NCBI GenBank assembly: GCA_023231065.1
Contig: JALNWE010000007.1
Location: 5,842-69,841, forward strand
Source: Bacteroidales bacterium
GTDB taxonomy: Bacteria; Bacteroidota; Bacteroidia; Bacteroidales; FEN-979
Direction of reading: 5' to 3'
DNA length: 64,000 bases
Shown one piece after another: positions 27,987 to 37,021 of the stretch. Below the pieces are notes generated by a model, which was given only the letters and a program-made list of their open reading frames with translations, was not told where the DNA came from and made no database searches. Each line of letters opens with the position of its first letter. Position 1 is the stretch's first letter. The position numbers were made by a program, and so were the translations under genes.

Positions 27987-29396
27987 ATGGATCCAATTCT
28001 TGAAAATAGCATAACCCTTGAAAGGATGCTTGCATTATATGAAGCAAACCGTCAGGTTTTATCCGCGGACGACACACCCATCCTTTCCGGGATCCGCGAA
28101 AACGCTTTTATATCTCTTGGTAAGCTCAGGTTCCCGGATACAAAGATGGAAGCCTGGCGGCATACTGATCTGAAGGAGAGTCTCGGACGCGGATATGATT
28201 ATTATCTTCATCCCACAAAAGAAACAGATATTCAGAAAGTTTTCCGGTGCAATATCCCCCATCTTGATACCGCGATCATCGGGCAATTGAACGGTTGGTA
28301 CGTTTCCAAAGATGTACCCCTGATGGAACTTGGCAACGGCATCATCATGGGCAGCCTTGCGGAGGCTAAAAAGAAATATCCGGCGCTGATCGAAAAATAT
28401 TATGGTCAGGCAGCCCACGATACGGAAGAGGTTTTTACCGCCCTGAATACGGCTTTTGAACAGGATGGGGTCTTTATCTATGTCCCGGCAGGTGTGAAAA
28501 GCCCCAAACCGGTACAAATGATCAATGTAATCCAGCATCCTGAAAATATTTTTCTCCAATCGCGTAATCTGATCGTTGTTGGGGACGATGCGCAACTTTC
28601 GCTGGTCCATTGTGATGATTCCTATAACCATCAGGGCAGTTTTTCGAATATCGTGACCGAAGTTTTCCTTGGAAGAAATGCTTACCTGGATCATTATAAG
28701 CTGCAAAATATCAACAACAACAGTACCCTGATCAGTTCGATATATTTTAAAATTGAATCGGCCGCCAACCTCGAATCGCATTACCTTTCGCTCAACGGAG
28801 GGTTGTTGCGCAACAACATCCGGGCCCTTTTCAACGGGCCTCATGGAAATGCCAACCTTTACGGGCTTTATCTGATGGACCGCAAACAGCATATCGACAA
28901 TCATGTGGTTGTAGATCACGCTTCTCCTGAATGCACCAGCAATGAAATTTTTAAAGGGATCCTTGACGAAAATGCACGGGGCGTTTTCAACGGTCATGTC
29001 CTGGTTCGCCGCAATGCTGCCAAAACAGATGCCCGTCAGACCAATAAGAACATCTTGTTGACTGATAATGCCAGGATCAATTCGGAACCTTTTCTCGAAA
29101 TTTATCATGATGATGTGAAATGTTCCCATGGATCCACCACTGGTCAGCTGGATACGGAGGCGATGTTTTACCTCCGACAACGGGGGATCAGTGAGGAGAG
29201 CGCACGGATGTTGCTGATGTTTGCCTTTGCCGATGAAGTAGTGGCAAAAATTGCCATCCCGCAACTCCGCCAACGGATAGAAGATATGGTCAAGAAACGG
29301 TTACAGGGTGAACTCCGGATCTGCGAACAATGTGTACTTCATTGCAGCACACCCGAAAAACCGTTGGAATTCCGGGTCGATGTGTCGAAAATTTGA
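27987..29396 (+). CDS. sufD: Fe-S cluster assembly protein SufD
   Basis: 469 aa. SufD C-terminal beta-helix motifs (LEIYHDDVKCSHGSTTGQLD, MFYLRQRGI). Position between sufC and sufS. Confidence 0.9.
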   Translation: MDPILENSITLERMLALYEANRQVLSADDTPILSGIRENAFISLGKLRFPDTKMEAWRHTDLKESLGRGYDYYLHPTKETDIQKVFRCNIPHLDTAIIGQLNGWYVSKDVPLMELGNGIIMGSLAEAKKKYPALIEKYYGQAAHDTEEVFTALNTAFEQDGVFIYVPAGVKSPKPVQMINVIQHPENIFLQSRNLIVVGDDAQLSLVHCDDSYNHQGSFSNIVTEVFLGRNAYLDHYKLQNINNNSTLISSIYFKIESAANLESHYLSLNGGLLRNNIRALFNGPHGNANLYGLYLMDRKQHIDNHVVVDHASPECTSNEIFKGILDENARGVFNGHVLVRRNAAKTDARQTNKNILLTDNARINSEPFLEIYHDDVKCSHGSTTGQLDTEAMFYLRQRGISEESARMLLMFAFADEVVAKIAIPQLRQRIEDMVKKRLQGELRICEQCVLHCSTPEKPLEFRVDVSKI

Positions 29397-29397
29397 T

Positions 29398-29474
29398 AGG
29401 AGATGGGGGATGGTCAATAGTCAATAGTCAATAGTCAATGGTCAATAGTCAATGGTCAATAGTCAATAGTCAAT
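29398..29474 (+). repeat. Heptanucleotide tandem array: 2 purine-rich units (AGGAGAT GGGGGAT) + 9 units RGTCAAT
   Basis: Direct reading: aggagat gggggat ggtcaat agtcaat agtcaat agtcaat ggtcaat agtcaat ggtcaat agtcaat agtcaat. It fills the sufD-sufS spacer. Confidence 0.95.
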
Positions 29475-30699
29475 GTTTTTGAGTTTTCCGATTGATCGGG
29501 TCCGCGCTGATTTTCCGATCCTGCATCAGCAGGTTTACAAGCGGCCTCTGGTTTATTTCGACAATGCCGCCTCCACGCAAAAGCCGGTGCAGGTCATTGA
29601 TGCCATCAGGCGCTATTATGAACAGGATAACTGCAACATCCACCGTGGGGTGCATTATCTCAGCGTTAAGGCTACGGAAGCCTTTGAGGAAACGAGAAAA
29701 GAGATCCGTGAATTCATTAACGCCCGCGACACACGGGAGATCATTTTTACTAAAGGGACCACGGAATCACTCAATCTTGTGGCTTCCTCTTTCGGGAAAC
29801 GATACATCCGTCCCGGCGATGAAGTGATCGCGACCATCATGGAACATCATTCCAATTTTGTCCCATGGCAGCAGATGTGCCTGGAATGTGGCGCAACGCT
29901 TAGGGTAGCGGGTATTGACGACCGGGGCATGTTGAATGTAGGGGAACTGTTTGGAATGATCAGTGAAAAAACCCGGATGATAACGCTTACCCATGTGTCG
30001 AATGTGCTGGGGACCATCAATCCGGTGAAAGAGATCATTGCTGAAGCGCACAAACATGGTATTCCCGTATTGATTGATGGCGCCCAGGGAATATCCCATC
30101 TACCGGTAGATGTGCAGGATATGGATTGTGACTTTTATTGCTTTTCAGGCCATAAGATGTATGGCCCCATGGGAATAGGCGTCCTGTATGGGAAGGAAAA
30201 ATGTCTCGAAGAATTGCCTCCTTATCAGATGGGGGGAGAAATGATCAAAGAGGTCTATGTTGATCACACGACTTTTAATGAGCTTCCTTTCAAATTCGAA
30301 GCCGGGACCCCTAACGTGGAAGGCGTTGCCGGCCTCCGCGCTGCCCTTCATTATCTGAATGAATTGGGGATGGACAATATCATGGATTACGAAGCCTCTT
30401 TGCTGAAATATGCGACTGAAAAGCTTGCCGGCATCGAGGGTGTCAGGTTTTATGGTACTTCGGATTGGAAAGCCAGTCTGATCTCCTTCCTTATTGGTAA
30501 GATCCATCCTTATGATGTCGGTATGATCATCGATAAAATGGGGATCGCGGTGCGCACCGGTCATCACTGTGCCATGCCCCTGATGGATTACCTTCATATT
30601 CCTGGTACGGTAAGGGCCTCCTTCGCTTTTTATAATACCATGGAAGAGATTGACTGGATGGCCCTGGCCGTTGCAAAAGCCAAAAAGATGCTGGAATAA
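29473..30699 (+). CDS. sufS: Cysteine desulfurase SufS (class V aminotransferase)
   Basis: 408 aa. FPIL...VYFDNAAS, PLP-lysine FSGHKMYGP, active-site loop RTGHHCA. Confidence 0.95.
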   Translation: MFLSFPIDRVRADFPILHQQVYKRPLVYFDNAASTQKPVQVIDAIRRYYEQDNCNIHRGVHYLSVKATEAFEETRKEIREFINARDTREIIFTKGTTESLNLVASSFGKRYIRPGDEVIATIMEHHSNFVPWQQMCLECGATLRVAGIDDRGMLNVGELFGMISEKTRMITLTHVSNVLGTINPVKEIIAEAHKHGIPVLIDGAQGISHLPVDVQDMDCDFYCFSGHKMYGPMGIGVLYGKEKCLEELPPYQMGGEMIKEVYVDHTTFNELPFKFEAGTPNVEGVAGLRAALHYLNELGMDNIMDYEASLLKYATEKLAGIEGVRFYGTSDWKASLISFLIGKIHPYDVGMIIDKMGIAVRTGHHCAMPLMDYLHIPGTVRASFAFYNTMEEIDWMALAVAKAKKMLE

Positions 30700-30731
30700 C
30701 AAAAAACCATGACTGAAACAATTCTTTTAAT

Positions 30732-31154
30732 ATGACGATTAAAGAAGCAGAAAAACAAATCATCCAGGAATTTTCGGTATATGATGACTGGCTTGATAAA
30801 TACAATTTTTTGGTAGAGATGGGTAAATCCCTGCCCATGATTGATCCGGAATATCAAACCGATACCTACCTGATTTCGGGTTGCCAGTCGAAGGTATGGC
30901 TGTACGCGAGGCTCAGTGACGGGAAGGTCATTTTCACGGCCGACAGTGACGCCATCATCACCAAGGGGATTATTTCGCTGCTGATCCGGGTATTTTCAGG
31001 TCAGGCCCCGGATGATATCCTCCATGCAGATCTTACTTTCATTGATCAGATCGGCCTGAAAGAAAACCTTTCGCCCAACCGCAGCAACGGCCTCGTTTCC
31101 ATGATCAAGCAGATGAAACTATATGCACAGGTCTTTAAAATGAAACAAGGTTAA
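30732..31154 (+). CDS. sufE: Cysteine desulfuration protein SufE
   Basis: 140 aa. SGCQSKVW active-site Cys region and FTADSDA..TKG are SufE hallmarks. Confidence 0.9.
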   Translation: MTIKEAEKQIIQEFSVYDDWLDKYNFLVEMGKSLPMIDPEYQTDTYLISGCQSKVWLYARLSDGKVIFTADSDAIITKGIISLLIRVFSGQAPDDILHADLTFIDQIGLKENLSPNRSNGLVSMIKQMKLYAQVFKMKQG

Positions 31155-31186
31155 AATCCCCTCACCTTTGTTTAAAATATCCTATC

Positions 31187-31519
31187 ATGGAGCCCCAACA
31201 TAAAATTCAACATACCCTCCTCGAAAATAATGTCATTTCGGCCCTGAAAACGGTTTATGATCCAGAGATCCCTGTCAATATCTATGACCTTGGGCTTATT
31301 TATCACCTGCAGATCAATGTTCCGGCCAACGATGTCTATATTTTAATGACCCTTACCACCCCCAATTGCCCGGTGGCTGATGATATTCCCGGGCAGGTGC
31401 AGGAAGCGGTGAAACAGGTAGAAGGAATTGGCGATGTTAAGGTGGAGCTGACCTTCGACCCACCCTGGGATAAAGACAGGCTCTCCGAAGCCGCACTACT
31501 GGATCTGGGACTACTTTAA
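31187..31519 (+). CDS. SUF-system Fe-S assembly protein (DUF59 / PaaD-like, SufT-type)
   Basis: 110 aa. VYDPEIPVNIYDLGLIY...MTLTTPNCP is the DUF59 signature. Last gene of the suf cluster. Confidence 0.85.
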   Translation: MEPQHKIQHTLLENNVISALKTVYDPEIPVNIYDLGLIYHLQINVPANDVYILMTLTTPNCPVADDIPGQVQEAVKQVEGIGDVKVELTFDPPWDKDRLSEAALLDLGLL

Positions 31520-31550
31520 CAAAAGAGGGAATCTAAAATGTAAACCCAAT

Positions 31551-31578
31551 TGTCATTGGTCAATTGTCAATTGTCAAT
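31551..31578 (+). repeat. Heptanucleotide tandem array, 4 units (TGTCATT GGTCAAT TGTCAAT TGTCAAT)
   Basis: Direct reading. Lies 10 nt upstream of the dxs TACTTTTG box. Confidence 0.9.
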
Positions 31579-31588
31579 CGATTCTTTG

Positions 31589-31596
31589 TACTTTTG
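31589..31596 (+). promoter_or_regulatory. -7 promoter box TACTTTTG (dxs)
   Basis: Exact match, 23 nt upstream of ATG 31620. Confidence 0.5.
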
Positions 31597-31619
31597 CTGA
31601 TTGAAATTAAAACCGGAAA

Positions 31620-33515
31620 ATGACTGCCTCAACAGGACCGCTTTTATCTGTTGTTAATTTTCCTGCCGACCTCAAAAAACTCAGTCTTGAAGAACTTCCT
31701 CAACTCTGTGAAGAGATCCGGGGTTTTATAATTGAAGTGATGTCGGTTAACCCGGGACACCTGGGCGCCAGTCTTGGCGCTGTGGAATTGGCAGTAGCCT
31801 TGCATTACGTGTATGACGCCCCTTTTGACAAGATCATCTGGGACGTGGGGCATCAGGCTTACGCGCACAAGATCCTGACCGGCCGGAAAGATCAGTTTGA
31901 ATCAATACGGAGGTATAAAGGGATCAGTGGTTTCCCCAAGATGTCAGAAAGCGAATATGATGCTTTTGGGGTCGGGCACTCCTCCACTTCAATATCTGCC
32001 GCTCTTGGGATGGGTGTTGCCGCCACGCTCGATAATCAGAAAAACCGGCATCATGTTGCTGTTATCGGGGATGGGGCGATGACCGGCGGTATGGCCATGG
32101 AAGCCCTCAACAACGGTGGCGTTTCCAATGCTAACCTCCTGGTGATCCTGAATGACAACCAGATTGCCATTGATAAAAATGTAGGAGCCATCAAGGATTA
32201 CCTGGCGGATATTGTCACTTCCAAAACCTATAATAAATTCCGCGATAAGATCTGGTTCCTTATGGGTGGCGGGACTAGATATGGTCAGAATTCACGGGCC
32301 ATTGTCAAACAATTGGGTAACGCTTTAAAAACCACCTTGCTCAAGAGCGGGAATTTGTTTGAAGCTTTTAACTTCCGCTATTTTGGACCGGTTGATGGAA
32401 ATGATGTGGTCAGGCTGGTAAAGCTTTTAACAGATATGAAGGATATCAAAGGCCCCAAGTTGCTTCATATTCATACGATCAAGGGCAAAGGATTTGAAAA
32501 GGCAGAAAAAAATCAAACGGTTTATCATGCTCCCGGGGTTTTTGATAAAGATACGGGAACGATCAAAGAAGATAAATGTCAGGACCAGGCGCCCAAATAC
32601 CAGACTGTTTTTGGCCGTACGATCATTGAGTTGGCAGAACTGAACCCCAGGATTCTGGGTATCACTCCTGCCATGTCCACCGGTTGTTCCCTTAACCTGA
32701 TGATGAATAAAATGCCCGACCGTACCTTTGATGTCGGGATCGCCGAACAACATGCCGTTACCTTCAGCGCCGGTCTGGCGGCCTCCGGGTATATTCCGTT
32801 TTGCAACATCTATTCTACTTTCATGCAACGGGCATACGATCAGGTCATTCATGATGTGGCCTTGCAAAAGTTGCACGTGGTATTTTGCTTGGACCGGGGA
32901 GGGCTGGTCGGGGAAGATGGGGCTACCCATCATGGGGCTTTTGATCTGGCTTATCTCCGGTGTGTTCCAAACATGATCGTTGCTTCCCCCATGAACGAAG
33001 AGGAATTGAGGAATATGATGTTTACTGCCCAGCTCGATGGCATGGGGCCCTTTGCCATTCGTTATCCCAAAGGCAGGGGGGTGATGCGCAATTGGAAAAC
33101 CCCGATGAAAGTTCTTGAAATCGGAAAAGGCCGGGTCATCCGCGAAGGAGGCGACAGGATTATTATCACTATCGGTCCTGTGGGCAATTACGCCGTAGAT
33201 GCCTGTAAAAAGCTTGAATCAGAAGGAATATCTGTAGCCCATGCCGACCTCCGTTTTTTAAAACCACTTGATGAGGGCCTGCTGCACGACATCTTCCGGA
33301 AATATTCCAATATCGTGACAGTGGAAGATGGCGCCATCATGGGAGGTATGGGTTCCGCCATCCTTGAATTCATGGCCGATCATGGATACCATGGCAGGGT
33401 GAAGAGACTGGGTGTCCCCGATACCTTTATCGAACAGGGTTCGGTGGCTGAACTCCATCATGAATGCGGGTTTGATGCGGATGGAATAGCACAGGCCCTC
33501 CGCGAAATGGACTGA
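31620..33515 (+). CDS. dxs: 1-deoxy-D-xylulose-5-phosphate synthase
   Basis: 631 aa. GHLGASLG, WDVGHQAYAHKILTGR, GDGAMTGGMA (ThDP motif), GEDGATHHG. Confidence 0.95.
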   Translation: MTASTGPLLSVVNFPADLKKLSLEELPQLCEEIRGFIIEVMSVNPGHLGASLGAVELAVALHYVYDAPFDKIIWDVGHQAYAHKILTGRKDQFESIRRYKGISGFPKMSESEYDAFGVGHSSTSISAALGMGVAATLDNQKNRHHVAVIGDGAMTGGMAMEALNNGGVSNANLLVILNDNQIAIDKNVGAIKDYLADIVTSKTYNKFRDKIWFLMGGGTRYGQNSRAIVKQLGNALKTTLLKSGNLFEAFNFRYFGPVDGNDVVRLVKLLTDMKDIKGPKLLHIHTIKGKGFEKAEKNQTVYHAPGVFDKDTGTIKEDKCQDQAPKYQTVFGRTIIELAELNPRILGITPAMSTGCSLNLMMNKMPDRTFDVGIAEQHAVTFSAGLAASGYIPFCNIYSTFMQRAYDQVIHDVALQKLHVVFCLDRGGLVGEDGATHHGAFDLAYLRCVPNMIVASPMNEEELRNMMFTAQLDGMGPFAIRYPKGRGVMRNWKTPMKVLEIGKGRVIREGGDRIIITIGPVGNYAVDACKKLESEGISVAHADLRFLKPLDEGLLHDIFRKYSNIVTVEDGAIMGGMGSAILEFMADHGYHGRVKRLGVPDTFIEQGSVAELHHECGFDADGIAQALREMD

Positions 33516-33808
33516 TCGGGGCATCAGCGCTAAAATAATCCATACCAATCCGGGAATAATTAAGAAAATTTTTGTATTTTCATAAAAATTTATTGAATTT
33601 TACATTTTCACCACGAAGGGGTCAAGATGCCAATATTACGTATTCAATCATTTAATTTTTAGCATCTTGGAGATCTGGCGGTGAAAAGTGGTTTTCGGAG
33701 TGGGCCCATAATCTGATACAGAAGATATATGATCCTGAAAAAGTTCTTCCTGAAAAAAGTTGAAATAAATTATAAATGCCAGTGAATAAAACCCTTAAAA
33801 ACCAAATT

Positions 33809-34453
33809 ATGAAAAAACCGTTTTCTGTTTCCATTTATCCGGCCATCCTGCTGGTTTGCATGATATGCTCCTCCTGCAGTTCGCCTATAACCCTGACAAG
33901 CTGGAAAAATCCGGCTGATAACACCCAAATCTCAAAAGTGGTGGTATTCCCGCTTTTCGATAAGCTGGAATATACCAAACCTTTTGAGCAATCGATGGCC
34001 GCCTATTTCCAGTCCAAGGGGTTAAAAGCCATAGGGGCGCTGGATTTTCTGAATCCTTCGATCAAATATCCCATGCCTGATGTTATTAAAAAGATCGACA
34101 GCATGGGGGCCAATGCAGTTCTTGTATTCAAATATACCGGAACCGACAAATCACAGGATTATGTACCCCCAACGTATTATGGCGGCTGGGGCGGCGGCTA
34201 CTGGGGTGGCGGTTACTGGGGCGGCGGTTACTGGGGCGGCGGTGTTGCTACCGGCGGTTACTGGGTGACCACCTCGACCTTAAACCTGAAAGCATCGCTT
34301 TATGTTAAAGCTAACAAAGAAGCCATCTGGACCGGTGACATTACCGTGACGGACCCCAACTATGTGGACCAGGCGGCTGTTAATATGGCACAGGATATCT
34401 ATGCCGACTGGGTAAAAAATAACCTGGTCAAGGTTCAGCCATCCGGTAAATAA
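33809..34453 (+). CDS. Lipoprotein with Gly/Tyr/Trp (GGYWG) repeat
   Basis: Start moved to the ATG at 33809 (MKKPF...). Lipobox-like LVCMICSSCSS. Internal YYGGWGGGYWGGGYWGGGYWGGG repeat. No confident family assignment. Confidence 0.6.
   Translation: MKKPFSVSIYPAILLVCMICSSCSSPITLTSWKNPADNTQISKVVVFPLFDKLEYTKPFEQSMAAYFQSKGLKAIGALDFLNPSIKYPMPDVIKKIDSMGANAVLVFKYTGTDKSQDYVPPTYYGGWGGGYWGGGYWGGGYWGGGVATGGYWVTTSTLNLKASLYVKANKEAIWTGDITVTDPNYVDQAAVNMAQDIYADWVKNNLVKVQPSGK
34193..34267 (+). repeat. In-frame 15-bp tandem repeat (GGCGGYTACTGGGGY) encoding GGYWG x3, plus a partial fourth copy
   Basis: Direct reading within the lipoprotein gene. Confidence 0.85.
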
Positions 34454-34516
34454 CATCAATGGTCAATAGTCAATGATCAATGGTCAATGGTCAATGGTCA
34501 ATAGTCAATGGTCAAT
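34454..34516 (+). repeat. Heptanucleotide tandem array, 9 units (CATCAAT, then GGTCAAT/AGTCAAT/GATCAAT variants)
   Basis: Direct reading. 63 bp, occupying the whole spacer between two convergent genes. Confidence 0.95.
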
Positions 34517-35129
34517 AGCTTGCCAGCGCGGGCATCGTTCGGTCATACCGGGTATCGGTGACCAGTTTCAACATGAAATCAGCCACATCGGCCCGTGGGA
34601 CAGTCCTGGATGTCGGAATGCCGGGAATAATTTTATAGGTATTGGTCTTCGGTGAATCGGTAAGCCCCACAGGCCGGAGGATAACCCAGTCGGTATGGCT
34701 TTCCTGGATGATCTTAACCTGACGGAGTTTATCTGCAAACACATTTCTCAGAAACAGAGGAACAATGACTTTGCCGAACCAGAAACCTGCATCATTGCCT
34801 AAAATACCCGCGGATGACATACAGATAAACCGTTTCACACCGCATTCTTCTATGGCTTTCAGGATATTTCTGGTCCCTTCTGAAAGGATGGTCGATCGTT
34901 TGTTTGTGTCTATGCCAAGCGTACAGAGAACCGCATCCTGACCGGTGATTGCCTCTTTGACTTTTTGAAAGTCCGAAACATCTCCCCGGATGGTCCTCAG
35001 GTTTTTATGTTGAATGGTAACTTTTGAAGGTTGACGGGCAAAAGCGGTTACATGGAAACCTTGGTTCAAAGCCTGATAAACAATTAATATTCCGGTTCGT
35101 CCACTTGCGCCAAAAACTGCGATTTTCAT
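34512..35129 (-). CDS. NAD(P)H-binding (NmrA/atypical SDR-like) oxidoreductase
   Basis: 205 aa. N-terminal Rossmann motif MKIAVFGASGRTG. Length and pattern resemble flavin-reductase / NAD(P)-binding domain proteins. Confidence 0.8.
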   Translation of the reverse strand: MKIAVFGASGRTGILIVYQALNQGFHVTAFARQPSKVTIQHKNLRTIRGDVSDFQKVKEAITGQDAVLCTLGIDTNKRSTILSEGTRNILKAIEECGVKRFICMSSAGILGNDAGFWFGKVIVPLFLRNVFADKLRQVKIIQESHTDWVILRPVGLTDSPKTNTYKIIPGIPTSRTVPRADVADFMLKLVTDTRYDRTMPALASY

Positions 35130-35146
35130 TTGTAAATAATTCTGGA

Positions 35147-35154
35147 CAAAGTTA
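35147..35154 (-). promoter_or_regulatory. -7 promoter box TAACTTTG (NAD(P)H-binding protein gene)
   Basis: Minus-strand match, 17 nt upstream of ATG 35129. Confidence 0.45.
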
Positions 35155-35240
35155 AGGAAAATTCACGATATGGAGGATAACCCCTGGGGCTCGTTGGCAG
35201 GGGACAGGAAAATATTTTACTTTTATCGAAAATTTACGGA

Positions 35241-37013
35241 GTGTCTCATTCCCCTCTTTTTCGAAAGAAATCGATTGCTCATATTTTACAGGACTCCCGG
35301 CGCCAGGAAGGAGAGAAAGCAGAACTCAAAAAGAACCTGACTGTTTTTGATCTGACCGCGTTGGGGATAGCTGCTGTTATTGGTGCTGGAATTTTCAGTA
35401 CGATCGGCAACGCGGCTGCCAGCGGTGGCCCTGCCGTTTCGCTGCTTTTTCTTTTCACGGCGCTTACCTGTGGCTTTTCGGCTTTATGTTATGCCCGTTT
35501 TGCTTCTGTCATCCCCATCAGCGGCAGCGCTTATACTTATGCCTATGCCAGCTTCGGGGAACTGGTTGCATGGATCATCGGCTGGGACCTGATCATGGAA
35601 TATGCCATTGGCAACATCGCTGTCGCGATCTCCTGGTCTGATTATTTTACTGGCTTTCTGGGCGGGATCGGTTTGCAAGTGCCCGAATACCTGTGTGTCG
35701 ACTATCTTTCAGCGGCGCGGGGTTACCATACAGTGGTGGAAGGATTAGCCAAAGGTATTCCCTTCAATACTTTCAGCGATAGCCTCCGTGAATCCTTCAC
35801 GGCATGGCAGAACGCTCCTTTTATCGCGGGGATCAGGATCATCGCCGATATCCCGGCATTCTTCATTGTCATCTTTATCTCTGTACTCGTTTATATCGGG
35901 ATCTATGAGACCAAGGTAGCCAGCAATACCATGGTCATGCTGAAAATCGGGATTTTATTGCTGATTATTGGCGTCGGTTCCTTTTATATCAATACAAACA
36001 ACTGGCATCCTTTTGCCCCCAATGGGCTCTCAGGGGTGCTCAAAGGTGTTTCCGGGGTATTTTTTGCCTATATTGGATTTGATGCCATATCCACGACGGC
36101 TGAAGAGTGCCGGAATCCCCGCCGCGACCTGCCCCGTGCCATTATACTGGCGTTGGCCATCACCACGGTGATGTATATCATGATCAGTCTCGTCCTTACA
36201 GGGATGCTTCATTACAGCGAACTGGGCGTAGGCGATCCGCTGGCTTATGCTTTTCAGAAACTGAACCTGACCAGGCTTTCCGGTATTATCGCCCTAAGCG
36301 CTGTGGTTGCCATGGCCAGTGTGCTGCTCGTATTTCAGGTAGGCCAGCCCAGAATATGGATGAGCATGAGTCGCGATGGCTTACTTCCCCGGTCATTTTC
36401 GAAAATCCACCCCCGCTTTAAAACGCCCTGGTTTTCAACCATTATTGCCGGTATCCTGGTAGCCGTTCCTTCCCTGTTTATGAATCTGACCGAAGTGACC
36501 GACCTCACCAGCATCGGTACCTTATTTGCCTTTATCCTTGTTTCGGGCGGAGTCCTGGTCCTTGATGGGAAAGGGCGGAGCATGGAATCGGATCAGGAAG
36601 TAAAAGGGTTCCGGATCCCTTACCTGAACAGCCGTTATTTCCTGCCCCTGATATGGACCGGAATTTTGGTATTGCTCCTTTTCTGGCGCCCACCAGAATT
36701 CGAAAAGCTACTTTCTGCCATCTATCATCCGGCATCCTGTATCCTGTATCCTGCCCCGGCTGCCGGTTCACTCCTCCGGACCGAATTTCCCATCCTGATA
36801 TTCATCATCGCCGCGGCTATAATGACCTTTATGGGAGTCTGGAAACAACTTTCATTGATTCCCGTTCTTGGGTTGCTGACAAACTTTTACCTGATGTCCC
36901 AATTAGGCATTACAAACTGGATGCGTTTCCTTGTTTGGCTTGCCATCGGCCTGACCATTTATTTTCTTTATAGCCGGAGACATAGCAAATTGCGAAAATT
37001 GACTAATCCCTGA
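35241..37013 (+). CDS. Amino acid permease (APC superfamily)
   Basis: 590 aa, about 12-14 TM segments. GTG start. Motifs LGIAAVIGAGIF and AYIGFDAISTTAEECRNPRRDLP are typical of cationic amino-acid-transporter-type APC members. Confidence 0.85.
   Translation: MSHSPLFRKKSIAHILQDSRRQEGEKAELKKNLTVFDLTALGIAAVIGAGIFSTIGNAAASGGPAVSLLFLFTALTCGFSALCYARFASVIPISGSAYTYAYASFGELVAWIIGWDLIMEYAIGNIAVAISWSDYFTGFLGGIGLQVPEYLCVDYLSAARGYHTVVEGLAKGIPFNTFSDSLRESFTAWQNAPFIAGIRIIADIPAFFIVIFISVLVYIGIYETKVASNTMVMLKIGILLLIIGVGSFYINTNNWHPFAPNGLSGVLKGVSGVFFAYIGFDAISTTAEECRNPRRDLPRAIILALAITTVMYIMISLVLTGMLHYSELGVGDPLAYAFQKLNLTRLSGIIALSAVVAMASVLLVFQVGQPRIWMSMSRDGLLPRSFSKIHPRFKTPWFSTIIAGILVAVPSLFMNLTEVTDLTSIGTLFAFILVSGGVLVLDGKGRSMESDQEVKGFRIPYLNSRYFLPLIWTGILVLLLFWRPPEFEKLLSAIYHPASCILYPAPAAGSLLRTEFPILIFIIAAAIMTFMGVWKQLSLIPVLGLLTNFYLMSQLGITNWMRFLVWLAIGLTIYFLYSRRHSKLRKLTNP
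36734..36754 (+). repeat. Heptanucleotide array, 3 units (ATCCTGT ATCCTGT ATCCTGC) inside the permease coding sequence
   Basis: Direct reading. 21 bp, in frame, encoding SCILYPA. Confidence 0.85.
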
Positions 37014-37021
37014 TTCTTTTC

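Noticed and set aside
28059-29273. 404-aa ORF on the minus strand, entirely inside sufD
   Set aside because: The plus-strand frame encodes an unmistakable SufD within a complete sufBCDSE operon. The antisense product has no recognisable motifs and an odd composition. Long stop-free antisense frames are common opposite conserved genes.
29412-29474. Possibility that the tandem arrays are CRISPR arrays or iterons
   Set aside because: The units are only 7 bp and directly abutting, with no unique spacers, so they are not CRISPR. No replication or plasmid genes are nearby to support iterons.
33605-33687. Two nested 8-bp helices (TTTTCACC/GGTGAAAA outside, CAAGATGC/GCATCTTG inside) in the dxs-lipoprotein spacer, considered as a structured RNA
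   Set aside because: By a rough estimate, about one 8-bp complement is expected by chance in a 290-nt AT-rich spacer. The intervening strands do not pair and I recognise no known motif. The evidence is too weak without covariation data.
34473-34655. 60-aa ORF beginning MINGQWSMVNSQWS (and 46845..47051 and 46876..47058 on the minus strand)
   Set aside because: These ORFs are produced by translating the heptad arrays and adjacent antisense sequence. They are repeat artefacts, not genes.
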